DNA of 62,591 nt, counting the filler, from Platydemus manokwari (lineage: Eukaryota): NCBI GenBank assembly GCA_037951405.1. It is 5 parts of 5 records of this genome, joined end to end, with 100 filler letters (N's around TTAATTAATTAA, not from the genome) between each part and the next. Parts side by side here need not be neighbours in the genome. Positions count along the whole stretch, not along the records: positions 1 to 9,310 come from JBBMOY011267762.1; positions 9,411 to 20,932 come from JBBMOY010631101.1; 3 more parts are not named here. One strand, written 5' to 3'. How positions within the stretch are numbered: position 1 is the stretch's first letter; every line of letters begins with the position of its first letter. The translations under genes were made by a program, and so were the position numbers. Below the pieces are notes generated by a model. It was not told where the DNA came from, searched no databases, and was given only the letters and a program-made list of their open reading frames with translations. Below, one piece after another: positions 1-13,708 of the stretch.

Positions 1-209
1 TGTTTAAATGATTTGGTAAAACAAAAACTTTAAACAACTAAAAAACATGAATAACTTTTGACTCAGCCTAATATAACCATTCCATTCTATTTTAAGTTTT
101 TAATTTATTATGGTTTTATTTCTGATAAAGAAATCAATAATTACAGTGCAAGATAAGTCACAGTTTTTTTAAAAAATTTTATATAATAATCATAAATATT
201 ATTTATTCT

Positions 210-3200
210 AGGGTTGTACCCAACAATACCTACCTCGAAGCCCAAGTTTGTACAAATCCGAACACTTATACACTAGTATAACAACAATCATGACAATTAT
301 AGTAATACCCTACGTAGATTTCAGTTAATAACTTAACAATTTTTGGTGAACCCGACTTTAGAACAGAAAGCAACCGATTTCAGTATAAACGGAGAACAAG
401 AAAATCTGAACCAAATCTGAGGGAACCCCATTCCAGTTTATCAAATTCCTATTCCAGTTGTTGGAAAAGATGCTGCAGCAGATTTTGTAAGTTACTAGAA
501 ATTGCCAATTGAATAATACGGTGACCATTCTGAAGAATTTTTCGATTTTATGACTAATTGTTTTATGTACGAGTCTGCATATAGATGGACAGAACGAATG
601 ATGATAGAATGATTACTTCTCTATTACAGAGGAGTAGTCAAAGAAACTTATAACCAAATTGATTGTTGAAAAATCCTAGAATAAATACTCTTTCCTAAAA
701 ATTCATTAGTAGTGACTTATGTAGAATTATTCAGGAAAAATTCATCTATCGAACACAAAAAGCAAATGAAACAATTTGCGAATTCGTATTTCACACACAA
801 AATTTAGCAGAAGAGGTTTTTGGGTTTAATACAAATTGGTCTGCAGAAACAAGAATAGTAATCGAAGATCAATTTTTAAAAGGTTTTCAGTCACATTAAT
901 ACAGCTGATTATGCTGACTATGACTAACTCACTGAAAACGCGATAAGAGTTGAAAAACTCAAAAAAGGCAAAATTGAGAGACCACCTTCAGTCTCGTCTT
1001 TAAAAAGTGATACCCTGAAATCTCCGAAAGAAGAGTTTACTAAGAAATTTATAAATTCACAATGATCCCCGGTTTAAAAAGCATTAGTCAATTTTACGTT
1101 TTAAATATCAATAAAATAGTCATTATGCAAATAACTGCAGAAATCAGAGAGTTTTCAATAATTCTCTAACACCTAAATATTTATTTAATTACAGATAAAA
1201 CGAATCACCTAATAGAGAATCTCGAGCTGTAGGAGAAGCTGTAGGAGAAGCCATATTACAAAAACTACAGATCAAGAATTATATCAAAATCCCCTTTACG
1301 AGATACTGCTGACATTTAGAGGCAGGTGAAATGTTGCAATTTTTGACATTTGGCAAGAGCATTCGACTTAAATTTAAATAAATTTCAACAGCCGCTTTTA
1401 AGAAAGAAAGTTAATTTTCAAGATTCTGAAATAAGAGTCAGTACAACATTCTCACGAGATAAAGAGAAATTGGAAGCAAAATAATTGGTAATGTGAGATA
1501 AAGTAAGTCATTGGATTTACAGCCTCGAAATAGATGAACCTCAAAACTCGTGATACATCTAAATGAAATATTAAAAGAATTTGAAGAAAATAAAGTAAAA
1601 CGATTAAAGAAGAAGTCGATAAAGTAATATACTGAAAAAATTAATTGTATAACTGTATGACCTGTTTTGAAAAAAGTTTAAGACAAGTTTGGAGTGTTAT
1701 GAACGAGATTTGTAAAATCTCGATTTGGAAAAGCATGGAAAGTGAATTTTGTATAGCATTATCATATCAGATTTGGAAAGGTAGCACTAGTAATTTAGGA
1801 TTTAGACGAGTTGTGACGAATATTTTTTGGATTAGAATAAGAAAGAAGTAATGGAAAAAAATTTGAAATTTGTATTACTAGTTTTTGATATTAAGAAAAC
1901 TGTCCACTAACGTATTTAAATCAGTTGAAAATCGATGTCGATTACTGAATTAGTTATGGTATCATGTCAGAAATCGATATTGCGGTTAAAAATTGAAAAT
2001 GAATATTTTGGATAAAGAGAAACTGCTGACGACATTTTATTTTGATTAAAAGAAGCATTATCAAATGATCAGATTTATTTTAGAAAAGTTGGTAAAAATT
2101 AGGGATAATAAGACTATTTCAAAAATTGCTGCATATTAAAATATGTATGCCGATTCATTTCATTTTCAGAAACGTGTTTACTCTTTCTAGACAGATTTTG
2201 AGAAAGGAAGGGTTAGATCTTCTCTCGTTTGAAATCGCTCTGTATATTTCAGATGTGTAAATAAAGAGCTATCAATAGAATTGGTGCTCACAATTTAAAG
2301 AAATCAGAGGACCAGTTTCAGAAAAATTAAAAGGCAAAGCACTGATTACACTCACATTGCAAGCAAAATTGGAGTTGTGGTGAATATCTAATTAATTATA
2401 AAATTCTTGTCTGGAAGGTAAGCGAAATTCGAGTTGAAATCTATTATAATCAAAGGAACGGTGAGGTGATCGAAAATTTGAACAAGGCGTGCCAATAGAG
2501 GTAGTGGATACATTTTATTATTTTGAAGAAGCAGCAAATAATGACTTGTTCAATACATTTGAATATTTATACAACCAAACCTTTAATCGGCAATCTGTTC
2601 TCAAATATTCGATATGCATGGAAAATTGCTTTTTGGCAAAACCCACTTTAGGATAACAAATGTATTAAACAGGTATTATGTGCTGCTTCTTCAAAATAAT
2701 AAAATGAGAATCGTCATAATTTAAAATTTAAGTAAATTGATTTCTTAAAGATCAATAATACAGGTAAGTTTGTTTTGGAATTTTATTTTGAGCCGAGATT
2801 TGCGAGTTATCGTGACTAATCATATTTCGATTTTAGACATGTTGAATATAATAACTAGGAGTGCAGAGATCATAAATGAAAAAAGGAAACATACTAACTG
2901 GAGAATAAAGTACCATAGAGGATTCGAAGATTTCAAATGGAAAACGTGATACGGCTTGCCAGTACTAAATTGTGGATTGTAATAACATACAGAGATCACT
3001 CGCAAGAAAGATATAACCTTAAAATATCAATACCAACTAAAGGACTCACAAGCATGACCTTTACACCAAGGCCAGCAGAATTGAAGCATAGAATATCGTT
3101 AAGTGAATCACTAAAGGAACAAAAAATTTAAGAAAAACTTCTGCGCATCGATATGGAGTTCACGATGGAAAATTCGGAAAGCACCCCATCACCAGTTTCA

Positions 3201-3440
3201 GTAGTTGTATTTGGACACCAATTTAATTTCATACAAAAGCAGCCTTCTAGAAACCAAGAGGATGAGTACTTGTAAGGTCAAAATTCTAATCGTCCATGAC
3301 CTCCAATAGAACTAAAATATCTCGAAATCCAACCAAATCAACTATGGTTAATCCGAGAGAGAAAAACCGAGGAAAAAAGTAGAATGGATCTAAGCAGGTT
3401 AAATTAGAATCGGACTCGCGTTCAAAAATGTATATCTATT
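210..3440 (+). mobile_element. Heavily degenerate Ty3/Gypsy-like LTR retrotransposon internal region (gag-pol fossil)
   Basis: Broken frames carry a decayed zinc knuckle (~1095-1150, LRFKYQ*NSHYANNCRN), an RT DD-like motif (~2025-2045, ADDILF) and an integrase-like segment (~2440-2490, SIIIKGTVR/YYNQRNGEVIENLNK, compare YHPQxNGxVERxN). Many stops and frameshifts; boundaries approximate. Confidence 0.45.
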
Positions 3441-4939
3441 TAAGGGGTCATGGATAAATAAAAATTTCATGATGAAATAAATAATTTATATTTACTACTA
3501 ATATTTATCGCTAGTTATTATTAAATGTCTGCTAAAAAATGTTAAGCGAGAGTTGGCATCACACCAATCACCACAAATACTATTATTACCAGTGACACTG
3601 GCGATTTATTATTATCGTCGTCATTATATTATTACCATTAATATTGTTAATTATTATTACCGTGATTGACAGAAAATTCTTAGCAAAATATTCGATTAAA
3701 ATAAAAAACAATCATCAACATCTGACATAAAGTGACAAAATACAACATCGTAGTTGGAAGAAGAGTATTCAGTTTTTTTAAGATTTGTTCCATCAAATAA
3801 ATTGTTGTTAGTGTGAGTGCATGTGAAACTTTTGCATGGAAATATAATGAGCTGAGTTATTGGTAAGTGAGTCTCGTGATGATTGATCATTCCCCTTCTC
3901 CTTGGAGCTAAGATGCCTGTCATTAGTCTGTCATCGTTGTAATCATTAAATACTTCCGCTTTTATTAAGACAAGTTATTCTTTGATTGAATTTCGATTTG
4001 CAATGACTTACTGAAATAATTATAATGATCGAATAATAAGATATGGCAAAGACAATTTTAATTTGACAATTTGGCCGGTTAATGTTGAATTCTTGTTAAA
4101 GCAGAAATAAAGAAATGCATGTATTGAACTATGACAATCTTACTATATGTGGGTAGATAATGACTCGTTTTGATTGGCTGATTTTGATTTCCTTCTCTTC
4201 TAAGTCAGCCGACAATTATCATAAGATTGGAACTAATCCAACCGAAACCAAAGTATAAACACTGGACAATTTAAACAAATCAAAAAAACAAATAAATAAA
4301 CAAGTAATTTTTTCTGAAGTATATTAAAATTATTACTGAAAAGTTTTATGAAATTGGTCCAAATTATTATTGTTTACATCATTATTTATGTAGCGCAAAA
4401 TTATCAAATTATTATTGCTATTGTTATTATTAATATTTAAAGTATTACTGTACCATTATTATTATATTTATTATTATATTTTATTTCGATTTTTATAATA
4501 AGATAAAATACTCCTACGATCAGGAGTTGACAATAAAAATAATGTAATAAAAGGAATAAATATGCATCAGGAATTACTAAAGTTGAAAGTGAAACTGGAA
4601 TAAAAGTAGAGAATTTACTGTTGTTGTTTTAGAAACTTTATAAACCCAAACAAGGGTCTTAATATGTTATACATAATATTGAGCTCAATCTTCATATCTA
4701 TGGAAAATAAAACGATCGAAATCGTAATCCTGTAACATTATCAATTCATTAATTAACAACATATGTGAAATAACTGTTAATATCATTGACACCAAAATCA
4801 TTATGTGTATTATTTGGTTGTACACATAAACTATACAGTCAACATAATACAGACAACGCAGTATCCATTACTCTTTCGAACTCCTTCAAAAGTAGCCACA
4901 ACGACAGAATCTAACAAGAATTAAAATTTGTGGACAAAA

Positions 4940-5410
4940 TCATATTGGAAAGGGAGGTATGTTGGGTTGATCACAAAAACAACACAAATATTCACGAAAC
5001 CATGGAAATGACCCTCAGAAGTTTGACACACACAGAATCAACAACAGTTGAGCGAAATTACCAATGTGATTCTTCTCATATATCAATTCATACATAGAAT
5101 TAAATAATTGACTGGCTTACTCTTAAAAATTGTAACAAACACTAACATTCGTCAACAGTAAGAGAGATATAAGAGAAATTGTTAACTTTCAAATAAAAAT
5201 AGAAGCTCCGAAACATCAATTGAACAGGCACGATAACCCTATAAAGAAGTTGGATTTTATGAGCTCTCTGCCAGTCTTTTTGGTTGGTAACTCTCATTCT
5301 GAGTGACTTTTATTGATTTTTCTGGTATCAGTCTTTGTGATTGTCTTCTGTTTTGTATTGAACTCTTTGGTTCTGATCGCATCTTGGGTGATGTCTATTG
5401 TTGTTTTATT
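4940..5410 (-). repeat. Dispersed repeat copy A (diverged LTR-like element), inverted relative to the copy at ~20230-20710
   Basis: The reverse complement of 5261-5340 (caaagactgataccagaaaatcaataaaagt...ttaccaaccaaaaagactggcag) aligns with 20308-20385 (caaaaagactgattactaaaaatcaccaaaagt...ttaccggtcaaaaagactggcag). The tgttgggttgatcacaaa block at ~4960 matches the reverse complement of ~20670-20695. Confidence 0.65.
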
Positions 5411-8400
5411 GATGTTTCTAATTGTATTTGGGACTAATTGAATTTATAATTCATTGTGATTCAAATTATAGTTTTAAGCATTGATGGAATTTAGTGATTT
5501 CTTGTATATCCTTTGAGGTGTGAGGGTAGATTTACCAATATCTGACGCTACAGAATTTAGTGCGCCCTTGCCTATTTTGCATCTTTTTATTAGTGTCCGC
5601 CATTAATCATTTATTATGAAGTTTAATTAATCGTGTTTTGTCTGTTACTAATAATTATCTTCCTGTTTCGGCCAGTTTATTAGTGGCCACAATATTATTC
5701 ATTATTCTCACAGCATTCAGTGTCAGTTAAGAACTTGACAATCACAATAGCATTCACATGTTATATTTAATATAATTAAACCAAACAAATATTTATTATT
5801 TTACTCCTTGCATAAGTCTTCATAATTAATATAATAAATTAGCTTGAAACACACCATCGTGCAATATCAAACTCTTGTTTGAGGTAACTTTTAGTGGTAC
5901 TGCGAATAATTATTATTGTTAATATAATATATATCAATGTCATCAACCACCATAATAAATATTTGATGTAATATTAATATCAACTATATTATTTTGTTTT
6001 TGCTGATTATAAGTTGTTACTAAACTCAACAGCGTGAATGCCAAATGAGTATGTGTTGTTCAAACATGAACTCTCTCGATTATTTAATCAATGACAAATC
6101 ACATAACATTTCAATTTTACAAATAATTATTACAGTTATCTTGCCGAGAACTTAGAGATTTTACGACTGATTTTAAGAATAGATTTCGTTTGTAAGATTT
6201 CTCATTTTTTTCAAATGTGGCGATCCTTCTGGATTGTTAAATGCTGTTATTCATATATTAAGAAAAACAATTTACTAAATAAGCTCGTCTTAGGAAATAT
6301 TTATCGTTTCCAAAAAACAATCATCGTACATATTAGTATCAAAAAATAGTTATATCGTTCAGATTGGTGATAGCATTCAGCGTCCAAATTACAATTTTTC
6401 GCTGTAGAATTTTTGTAAATGTTCGAATATCATTTCGTAGACTTTACATAATGATCGACTCTGAGCACTTTGAATCCGATAAAAATTTTTTAATTTTTAA
6501 AAAATTGTTTCATTGGGTACTCTGCACTGTTATATTATTTTATTTTTCTTTAAAGTATTCAAATTTTTAATTATTTTTAGTACTTTGCACCATTGATTTA
6601 TCTATTAAATTTTACTAACTATTATATTTCCTAACATTCATTTTATTTCTTTTCAAAATAATAAATATATTTTTAACAAATTTTTTTATATAATAGTCAA
6701 GAATTTAGATTATAATCTGTAAAAAGAATTAAAATCGAATAATGCAACCAATATTCATTAATAAATGTCAATTATCAGTTACTCATTCATCAATGTCAAA
6801 AATAAGATAGAGTTAAATATAGTCAAATTGGAATTTCTCTTTTTGATTTGAAATTCAAATCTTTGGATTCGGATTTGATTTTGGAATTTAGGATTTATGT
6901 GTTAAGATGCACAATCGACGTCCCCGAGGTTTTTATTCGGTTTCACCGGTGCTATCTTTCTAATCATCTTCAGTTCCTCTCATTGTTTTTTCAGATTACT
7001 CTACTGTTGTCAAGTGTTACGAGCCGTTATTACCTTGTCCTATTCCTTCTCTGTTAGTCCATGTTTATTAGATGATTGTGGGATATCTTGTATATTCTGT
7101 TTCGGCATTTTTCTTTTTCAACTGTTCGTATAAGCTAACATTTTTTTCATCATCTGTTTCATTTTTAGAGTATAATACTAATCTATTCATTGTTCATTTT
7201 TCTAATTCAATAGGTTTTTGTTTCCTGGTTCCCCAACAGTATCAACTTAAATTACGATTATAGATAATTCTAAAGTATCAATCTTATTTTTAGTTATAAA
7301 ACATTTAGCCAGTTTACAAGGGGTTATTTGTATGGAATATGGTGCTATATTGTGATTTTGTTGTCTCCTGTAAATATGAGTAAATTGTTGTTGGAGGATA
7401 TTTAGTTAATTGAATGGAGTTTGATCTCGTGGAAATTTTCGGTTTTTAAGATAATATGATAAAATATTTTTATTACAAATATTAACTAGTATAGCGCACA
7501 TAATTAATTTAAAAATTATTCCATAATAACCTAATTAAGTAATAAAACAATTAAATAATAAGTGATAAGACCAATGAATAATAAGATTTGTAAACAACCA
7601 ATTTTTTTTAATAAATTAAGATTTTACTACACTTTGAATGCCAAATTTAATTATGTCTATGAACTTTTATCCTTAAACAAGAGTCGGTTCTTAAGTCTGT
7701 TAACGTGATATTTCAAGAATTTGATTTCAAAAGTATGACTCCTAAATAAATTTTGCTCATTTTACAAACCTGATAAATCATCTAGGACGATCGTGGGCAA
7801 TTATTTGTTGAAAGTCGAAGATACAATTTGATCAAGAAATTTTTCTTTGGTGATTCTGATTTCAAATATAATTTCCAGAAATATAATTTTCAGTATACAT
7901 GCAATCTCAGTGGTATAATTCAAATTTCAATGGATATAATTTTCAATATTGATTTCAAAATCATCAAATACGATTCTAGATTTTTACTCTTGTGTGAGAC
8001 CTTTAATATCATGTTTCTTTCTTATAGTCTATTTTTGAATTTTTATTTATATAAATCTAGGCTATCATCATTGCTGGCTTCTTACATTGCAATTAATTTG
8101 AGAATTACGTTGAGAAAAATTTTATTTGAGTGTGATTTTGTACCTCAATACATGCATCACACTTACATATATAAGATAGTAATACATAAAATAAATAAAA
8201 AGATATGAAAAACCATAGAAAATAATTAAAAAAAAATTAATTAATAAATAATTAAAGAATAGTGATTATGCATCCTATGCGTATACATATGAGTTACCTG
8301 ATTACTAGAGTGCAAATCCAGAAATGTAAGAATTATTAAAGAAGTGAATAGAAAATGGTAACTTAAAAAATATATAGGACGATTCCAGAAATTGATTCTG

Positions 8401-9310
8401 TAACAATTACGAAAACAATAACAATTCATAATTGATACAGCATGTGACTAACATATTCAGTATAATTAAAATGTACACATTAATGCACGCAAAAATCAAC
8501 GAACGAAAAATTAAGACAAATTATGCAAGATTCTTTTGGAAAAAAACATTGATTGTAGATAAAAAAAATAGTAAAATTGAATGGTGCAGAAAATAAAATA
8601 TAATGCGGTAGTAGTAATAGATATTTGGAAATTTATTACACGATAATGATTGAACGATTAGCTCACGTAATGATATTGATGGATTATTTACTATCTACTG
8701 GTGTAAATTTAACTTAAATAAATAACGTACTTTTGTTACTGAGTAGACTGGTGCATTTTATTGTCAGGAAGGGTAAATAATTCATTCATTTGTAAGCAGC
8801 TCGTATGATGATGGACAACACGATAAAATCAAAAGTGCCAGCTCCTCGTATGCTTAGAGGAAGCGAAATGAGAATAGAGAAATTGAAGAGCAGCAGATAT
8901 CCACAGAGAAACAAAACAGAATGCTAATAACAAGAGACGAATGGAACGTTGATATTGATGTCGATGACTGACATAATCAAAATCAAAGAATCCCAAGTCA
9001 GCAACCCAAATCAAATGATGTATCATTCGTTTAATATTGACAAGAATCCTTATTTTTGACTTTTTAAATATTGATTTTTCATTTGCACAGTTAACACTAA
9101 TTTGATATTCGATTTTATTACCGAGTATAATAATAATTATCTATTTATTCTTTGATTGATATGTGATTTCATTTGAGATAAAAATTATGTAGTTATTTTT
9201 ATTGGATTTATTTTATTAAAAAACAATATTTATAAAATCAATAATTGATCCAATATAAAAATATGAATGAGTATGAATAATAAATCATATGAAAGCCAAA
9301 GTTTAATATT

Positions 9311-9410
9311 NNNNNNNNNNNNNNNNNNNNNNNNNNNNNNNNNNNNNNNNNNNNTTAATTAATTAANNNNNNNNNNNNNNNNNNNNNNNNNNNNNNNNNN
9401 NNNNNNNNNN
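9311..9410. other. Assembly gap with artificial spacer (44N-TTAATTAATTAA-44N)
   Basis: An identical 100-nt construct occurs four times. The 12-mer gives stops in all six frames. Confidence 0.98.
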
Positions 9411-10039
9411 ATTATATATATATGTGTGTGTGTGTGTGTAGCAGCTTAATACTATTTTATTAAGCAATAAAATTTTAATACTTAATAATATTAATAAAAT
9501 TGAATCTATTACATGAGCATCATATGACCTGGTATTTTAAGCTGTTTTAAGGATATGAAATAAATTAAAATATTTTCACACTAGACACCTTATAATATCA
9601 AGTAATATCAATGGCTGACTACCTGAATGATATTGAAATGTCAGAAAATTAACTTTTGTTTACACTGGTGCAGAAATATTGTTGATTAATATTGAAAGAA
9701 CGGCGATGAATGCAGCAAGGTTCATATCATGATCAGGAATTTAAATACTGATAGTAAAAAAATAATGTTGGATGTAACCTTTGAGAAAACAACCTAAGGC
9801 ATGTAAGAGAAAAGTTAATTTTCTCGATTTTTAGTACTCTTCAAATATACTGCCAACATTTCTAGTTTCCATTTATTAAATTTCTCATGATGATATATGC
9901 CTTATATATCGTATATATTTCTCCAGTTCCGCATGACGAGGCAACTTCCGAGTATATTCTATTATTTCATCTTCTTTTATTAAAAATGTTGTATTCTTTT
10001 TTGTTTTACTATTTTGTTTCTTCAAGTTTTTATCGAACA

Positions 10040-10560
10040 TTTGGTGTTCTTATAAAACAATTTTTCATAATTTCTATTACGTCATTGTTTATTTGCCATT
10101 CTTTTTCTTTATTCCCTGTCAATATGTTTAGTATCACTGTTTTCATTTTTTATTTTCTTGGATTCTCCTGTTTTGTCAAGCATTGTGAACTTGTGTCCCG
10201 TGTATTTCTTGAGAGCATTTCCATAATTAAGAAACATTATTCCAGCTCCTGAACCAATCAAACATTGAAAAAATTATTTTTTATTTTTATAATTGTTCTT
10301 GGTTCTCTATGTATTCTTTCATACGAAATTTTTGGAGTTCTTAATTATTCGAGTGTTAAACTCCTTATTTGCTTTTCTTCCTTGCTTCCTTATTCCTAAT
10401 TGTATGAGTTCCTTTTGTCTGTTCTATCATATAGTAGAACATTTTTGTATATTCATATTCCTTGTAAGGCTTTCTATCAAAAGCGCTCTGATCTAGTACG
10501 GCAATCAAAATTATTAGATATTGTCATCTTTCGTGTTTTATCTGCGGGGTCGCCATGTTA
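10040..10560 (-). mobile_element. LTR retrotransposon 5' remnant: LTR end, tRNA primer-binding site and decayed gag
   Basis: The minus strand reads ...taaCA-TGGCGACCCCGCAG (~10560-10542): an LTR CA end followed by a TGG-starting PBS resembling a tRNA-Arg 3' complement. A K/E/N-rich broken frame follows. Confidence 0.4.
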
Positions 10561-10799
10561 GTGGTAGGTAAATACATTATGAATTTTCATGTAATATTTG
10601 TCAAAATCAAAATGCCATCGAGAGAGATTATTGCCAATCTTAGTCAAGAATTTAAGTATATAATTGTTAATCTTAATTTTTAAAAATTTTCCTCGCAATC
10701 CTGAGGGCGATTATTTACTTAGAGTCACTTAACACAAATCATAGAGAATTTCATCACACATATTCTATTCTTTGCAATGTACTTAGCTTAAAGATCAAA

Positions 10800-11650
10800 A
10801 TTCGAAAGAGTTCAAAAACTCATCTCAACCAATTGCTTTGTGAATTACTTAAATATACCATAAATTAACGAGTAGTTATTTGATTTGATTGTTCTATTCA
10901 GAGAGCATACTGTTTTATAAATTTTGATTTTAGCAATTTTTTATATTACCAGTAATACAATGCATTGCTTCTGAGATTTTATTGTGTTTTCAATAATTAT
11001 GCAGCTCTATTTAAAGTAGGAATAATGAGAAGATCACGTTCATGTCTATTTAATAATCTATTTATAAATTATCAAACATGAATTGCTTTCAAGGAATTTA
11101 TAAACAATATTCAACTCTAGTATCGCACCATCATGTTCAATATCATCAATTAAACAGAAGCTTCAGCTCGATGACAAACTTGATAAATTCTAGATACATC
11201 TCATAAAGTTAATTCATCACATGGTGAAATCAATACTTCACTGGCACCATCACTGAACATTTGACTAATTATATGAATTATCATCAAGTTAAATAAATGT
11301 TATTAAAGAGAATAATATTTTTAATTGCTTAACGGAAAGCAGAGATAAAATATTTTGTTTAACAATTACGTCCTTCATTTGAAAAGCAGTAAACAACAAA
11401 TATCAGATAAGATGAAACAGGAGCCAAAAATGTTCTTCATCGCCAGTAATGTTACCACATATGTTTAAACATCTCTTACAAATATTCTTATATTCACAAA
11501 TCAAAACAACTTGAAAATCTTTTTTAAAATAATGATCATTCAACATTTATTGAAAATTTTATGAAAAAGGCATAGTTAATCCATCTGATGAATAAATTCC
11601 TCGATTATAAACTTCATGGCTTATTTTGTTAATTTTTAATTGAGTAAGAT
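10800..11650 (-). mobile_element. hAT-family transposase fossil
   Basis: Minus-strand fragments ITGDEE (~11440; DEST-like) and SDGASEVL (~11250; hAT SDGA motif), followed by an HRLEL-like CHRAEAS. Interrupted by stops. Confidence 0.35.
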
Positions 11651-11894
11651 CCAGAAATGTAAATCAAATGATATTGTATAAATAATAATAAGCAGCATTT
11701 AAAATTGGATTAATATCAGAATCTAGAACGAAATTTTATTTCAAATCAATAAAAATAAAATTTATAAACCAATACAATCTATCAACAAAAAATTAAACCG
11801 ATTAATTAGTTAATTAAAATATAATAAAATAAATCACAATAAGAATTGAAAATTAGAACACCAATGTCTAGAAAACCCATAAATAAAAAACTGA

Positions 11895-12901
11895 TTATGA
11901 GGATGAGTTAAAATATGAAATAAACATGAATTGTAAATTCAAACAAATCGATCCGCATTCGATTTCCAAATCCACATATTGATCCATGAAATGAGTTCCA
12001 TTTGGATATCCCATTGGCTCGTATTTATTATCTGAATCATATTCAATTTCATTTCAAGTAAGAATAAATCAATACAAATCATTTGATTCGATTTCACAAA
12101 TCTGTATCCGAAAACATCGATTTCACAAATATTTATCGTTTCCTCATTGATCGGTTTCCATATGATAAATGTTCGAGAAATCTAAAAGATATGAATAAAA
12201 ACCATGATACAAATGATATCAATACAAATCTGGTGAAATTTATTCCAGTAATCATGACTCCTTTAGCTGCAGGACCTTTGAAATAGCTGACATTATAAAC
12301 ATTAGTCAGGTTTGTTGAAAATGTAGATATATTGTCATGACTACCAAAGAATGACAGTTTTTCAGTTCGATAAGCTATATTTTATTAATCTGAATATTTT
12401 CAATGCAAATATAACAAACTATTTGAGTCCAATCTATTGTAAATGTCAACTTTAATGATTACTGAAAGAGCATCCAGAATCACCATCCACCATTTGATAT
12501 AATTTATATTCTTACTGTGATAACAAGATCCTGTAATGATTTAAAATATGATTGGATTAATCGTTGAAATATATACCTATCATCATATTTCCATTGTAAT
12601 TACCATCAACTACCTTACTTGAAGCCTAAATCGGCGAATGCCAAGATGCAATCGTTGGTCTTTTTCTTGACAAAAGAGTAACTTAATAAATATAGTTTAA
12701 TTAATTTAAAGTTGTATCAAATCTCACCATTTCGAGCATACAATTCTGAAATCAAATACAAAAATCTATAAATCAACATTTGAAATGACAAAATAAAATG
12801 ATAAAATGTTATTTATTTCATTTTTACAAAATCAGATAAGATTTCAAACTTCGACCAATGAGAGTTAAAAGAAAACTTTTCCAGTAAAATAAAATTTTGA
12901 T
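11895..12901 (-). pseudogene. F-type lectin (fucolectin/FTP domain) gene with signal-peptide-like start and Cys-containing C-terminal segment; one in-frame TAG and no ATG
   Basis: Phase-consistent GT-AG exons: 12901-12850, 12745-12728, 12681-12577, 12530-12420, 12374-12226, 12181-12076, 12031-11895. Translation: ..LLSRKRPTIASWHSPI*ASSKVVDGNYNGNMMIGSCYHSKNINYIKWWMVILD..DIYNRLDSNTYR..INICEIDVFG. This contains the hhDG Ca motif, CxH, WWxV, NRxD and CE(I/V)xVFG hallmarks of F-type lectins. TAG at 12628-12626. Confidence 0.8.
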
Positions 12902-13361
12902 TGTGTCTCGGCTTTAAAAATAGGATCTCAAAATCATTCTCAATATTGAAAAAAAAAACTAATATTTATTTACAACACTTTAATATTGTAACAACTTGGA
13001 CTATGTCCAAGACCTGACCACAAGTGGCAGGGCTTCTAATCACAGATTCGCATTTTCCTCCGTCTTCTCATCCTCCTACTGTTTTTGAATGTGAGATACT
13101 TGACTTGCTCAGCTAAACCTGTCAAAAATTTCTTTGTCTTCAGAGTAACCGGCTCCTCTGAAAAAATGTCTTCGGTTTCAGCATTGTTTGAGTTCGATGT
13201 TGAGTTTGTTGGCAATAGTGTGTACTTACCCTGGTGGCAGTCCCATTGCATGTTGGCTGACTTCATATTTGATTGGATACAATTGTAACCTATTTCGTTG
13301 ATTTAATGCACCTTGATGATGAAGAAAACTGATTGAGAATGCTGCAATTTTAAATTAACTA

Positions 13362-13547
13362 CAGTCAAACCTGTTTTTGTGCGGTCTTTTTTTATGCGCT
13401 TTTTTTGTGCCTCTACTGCATAAAAAAATTTCTTTAATATGCTGTGAAAAATTATTTCTTATAGCTATTTATGAAGTTTTTGAATATTTTTTTTGTGCGG
13501 TTTTTTTTCTGTGGTCCCTATCTACCGCACAAAAACAGGTTTGACTG
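13362..13547. mobile_element. 186-bp MITE, Tc1/mariner-pogo type
   Basis: Perfect 24-bp terminal inverted repeats CAGTCAAACCTGTTTTTGTGCGGT (13362-13385) and ACCGCACAAAAACAGGTTTGACTG (13524-13547), flanked by TA on both sides (13360-61, 13548-49). Confidence 0.92.
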
Positions 13548-13708
13548 TATATGAATATATAAATAGATAGATAGAGAGGGAGACAGATAAAGAGTTAGAT
13601 AGATAGAGAGATTTAAGACAAATATTTTATAACGGTAGTTGAAAACTGTTTTGCTACAATAAAATATCAAAATAAAAACACAAATAATAAAACCCATAAC
13701 ATTATTAC

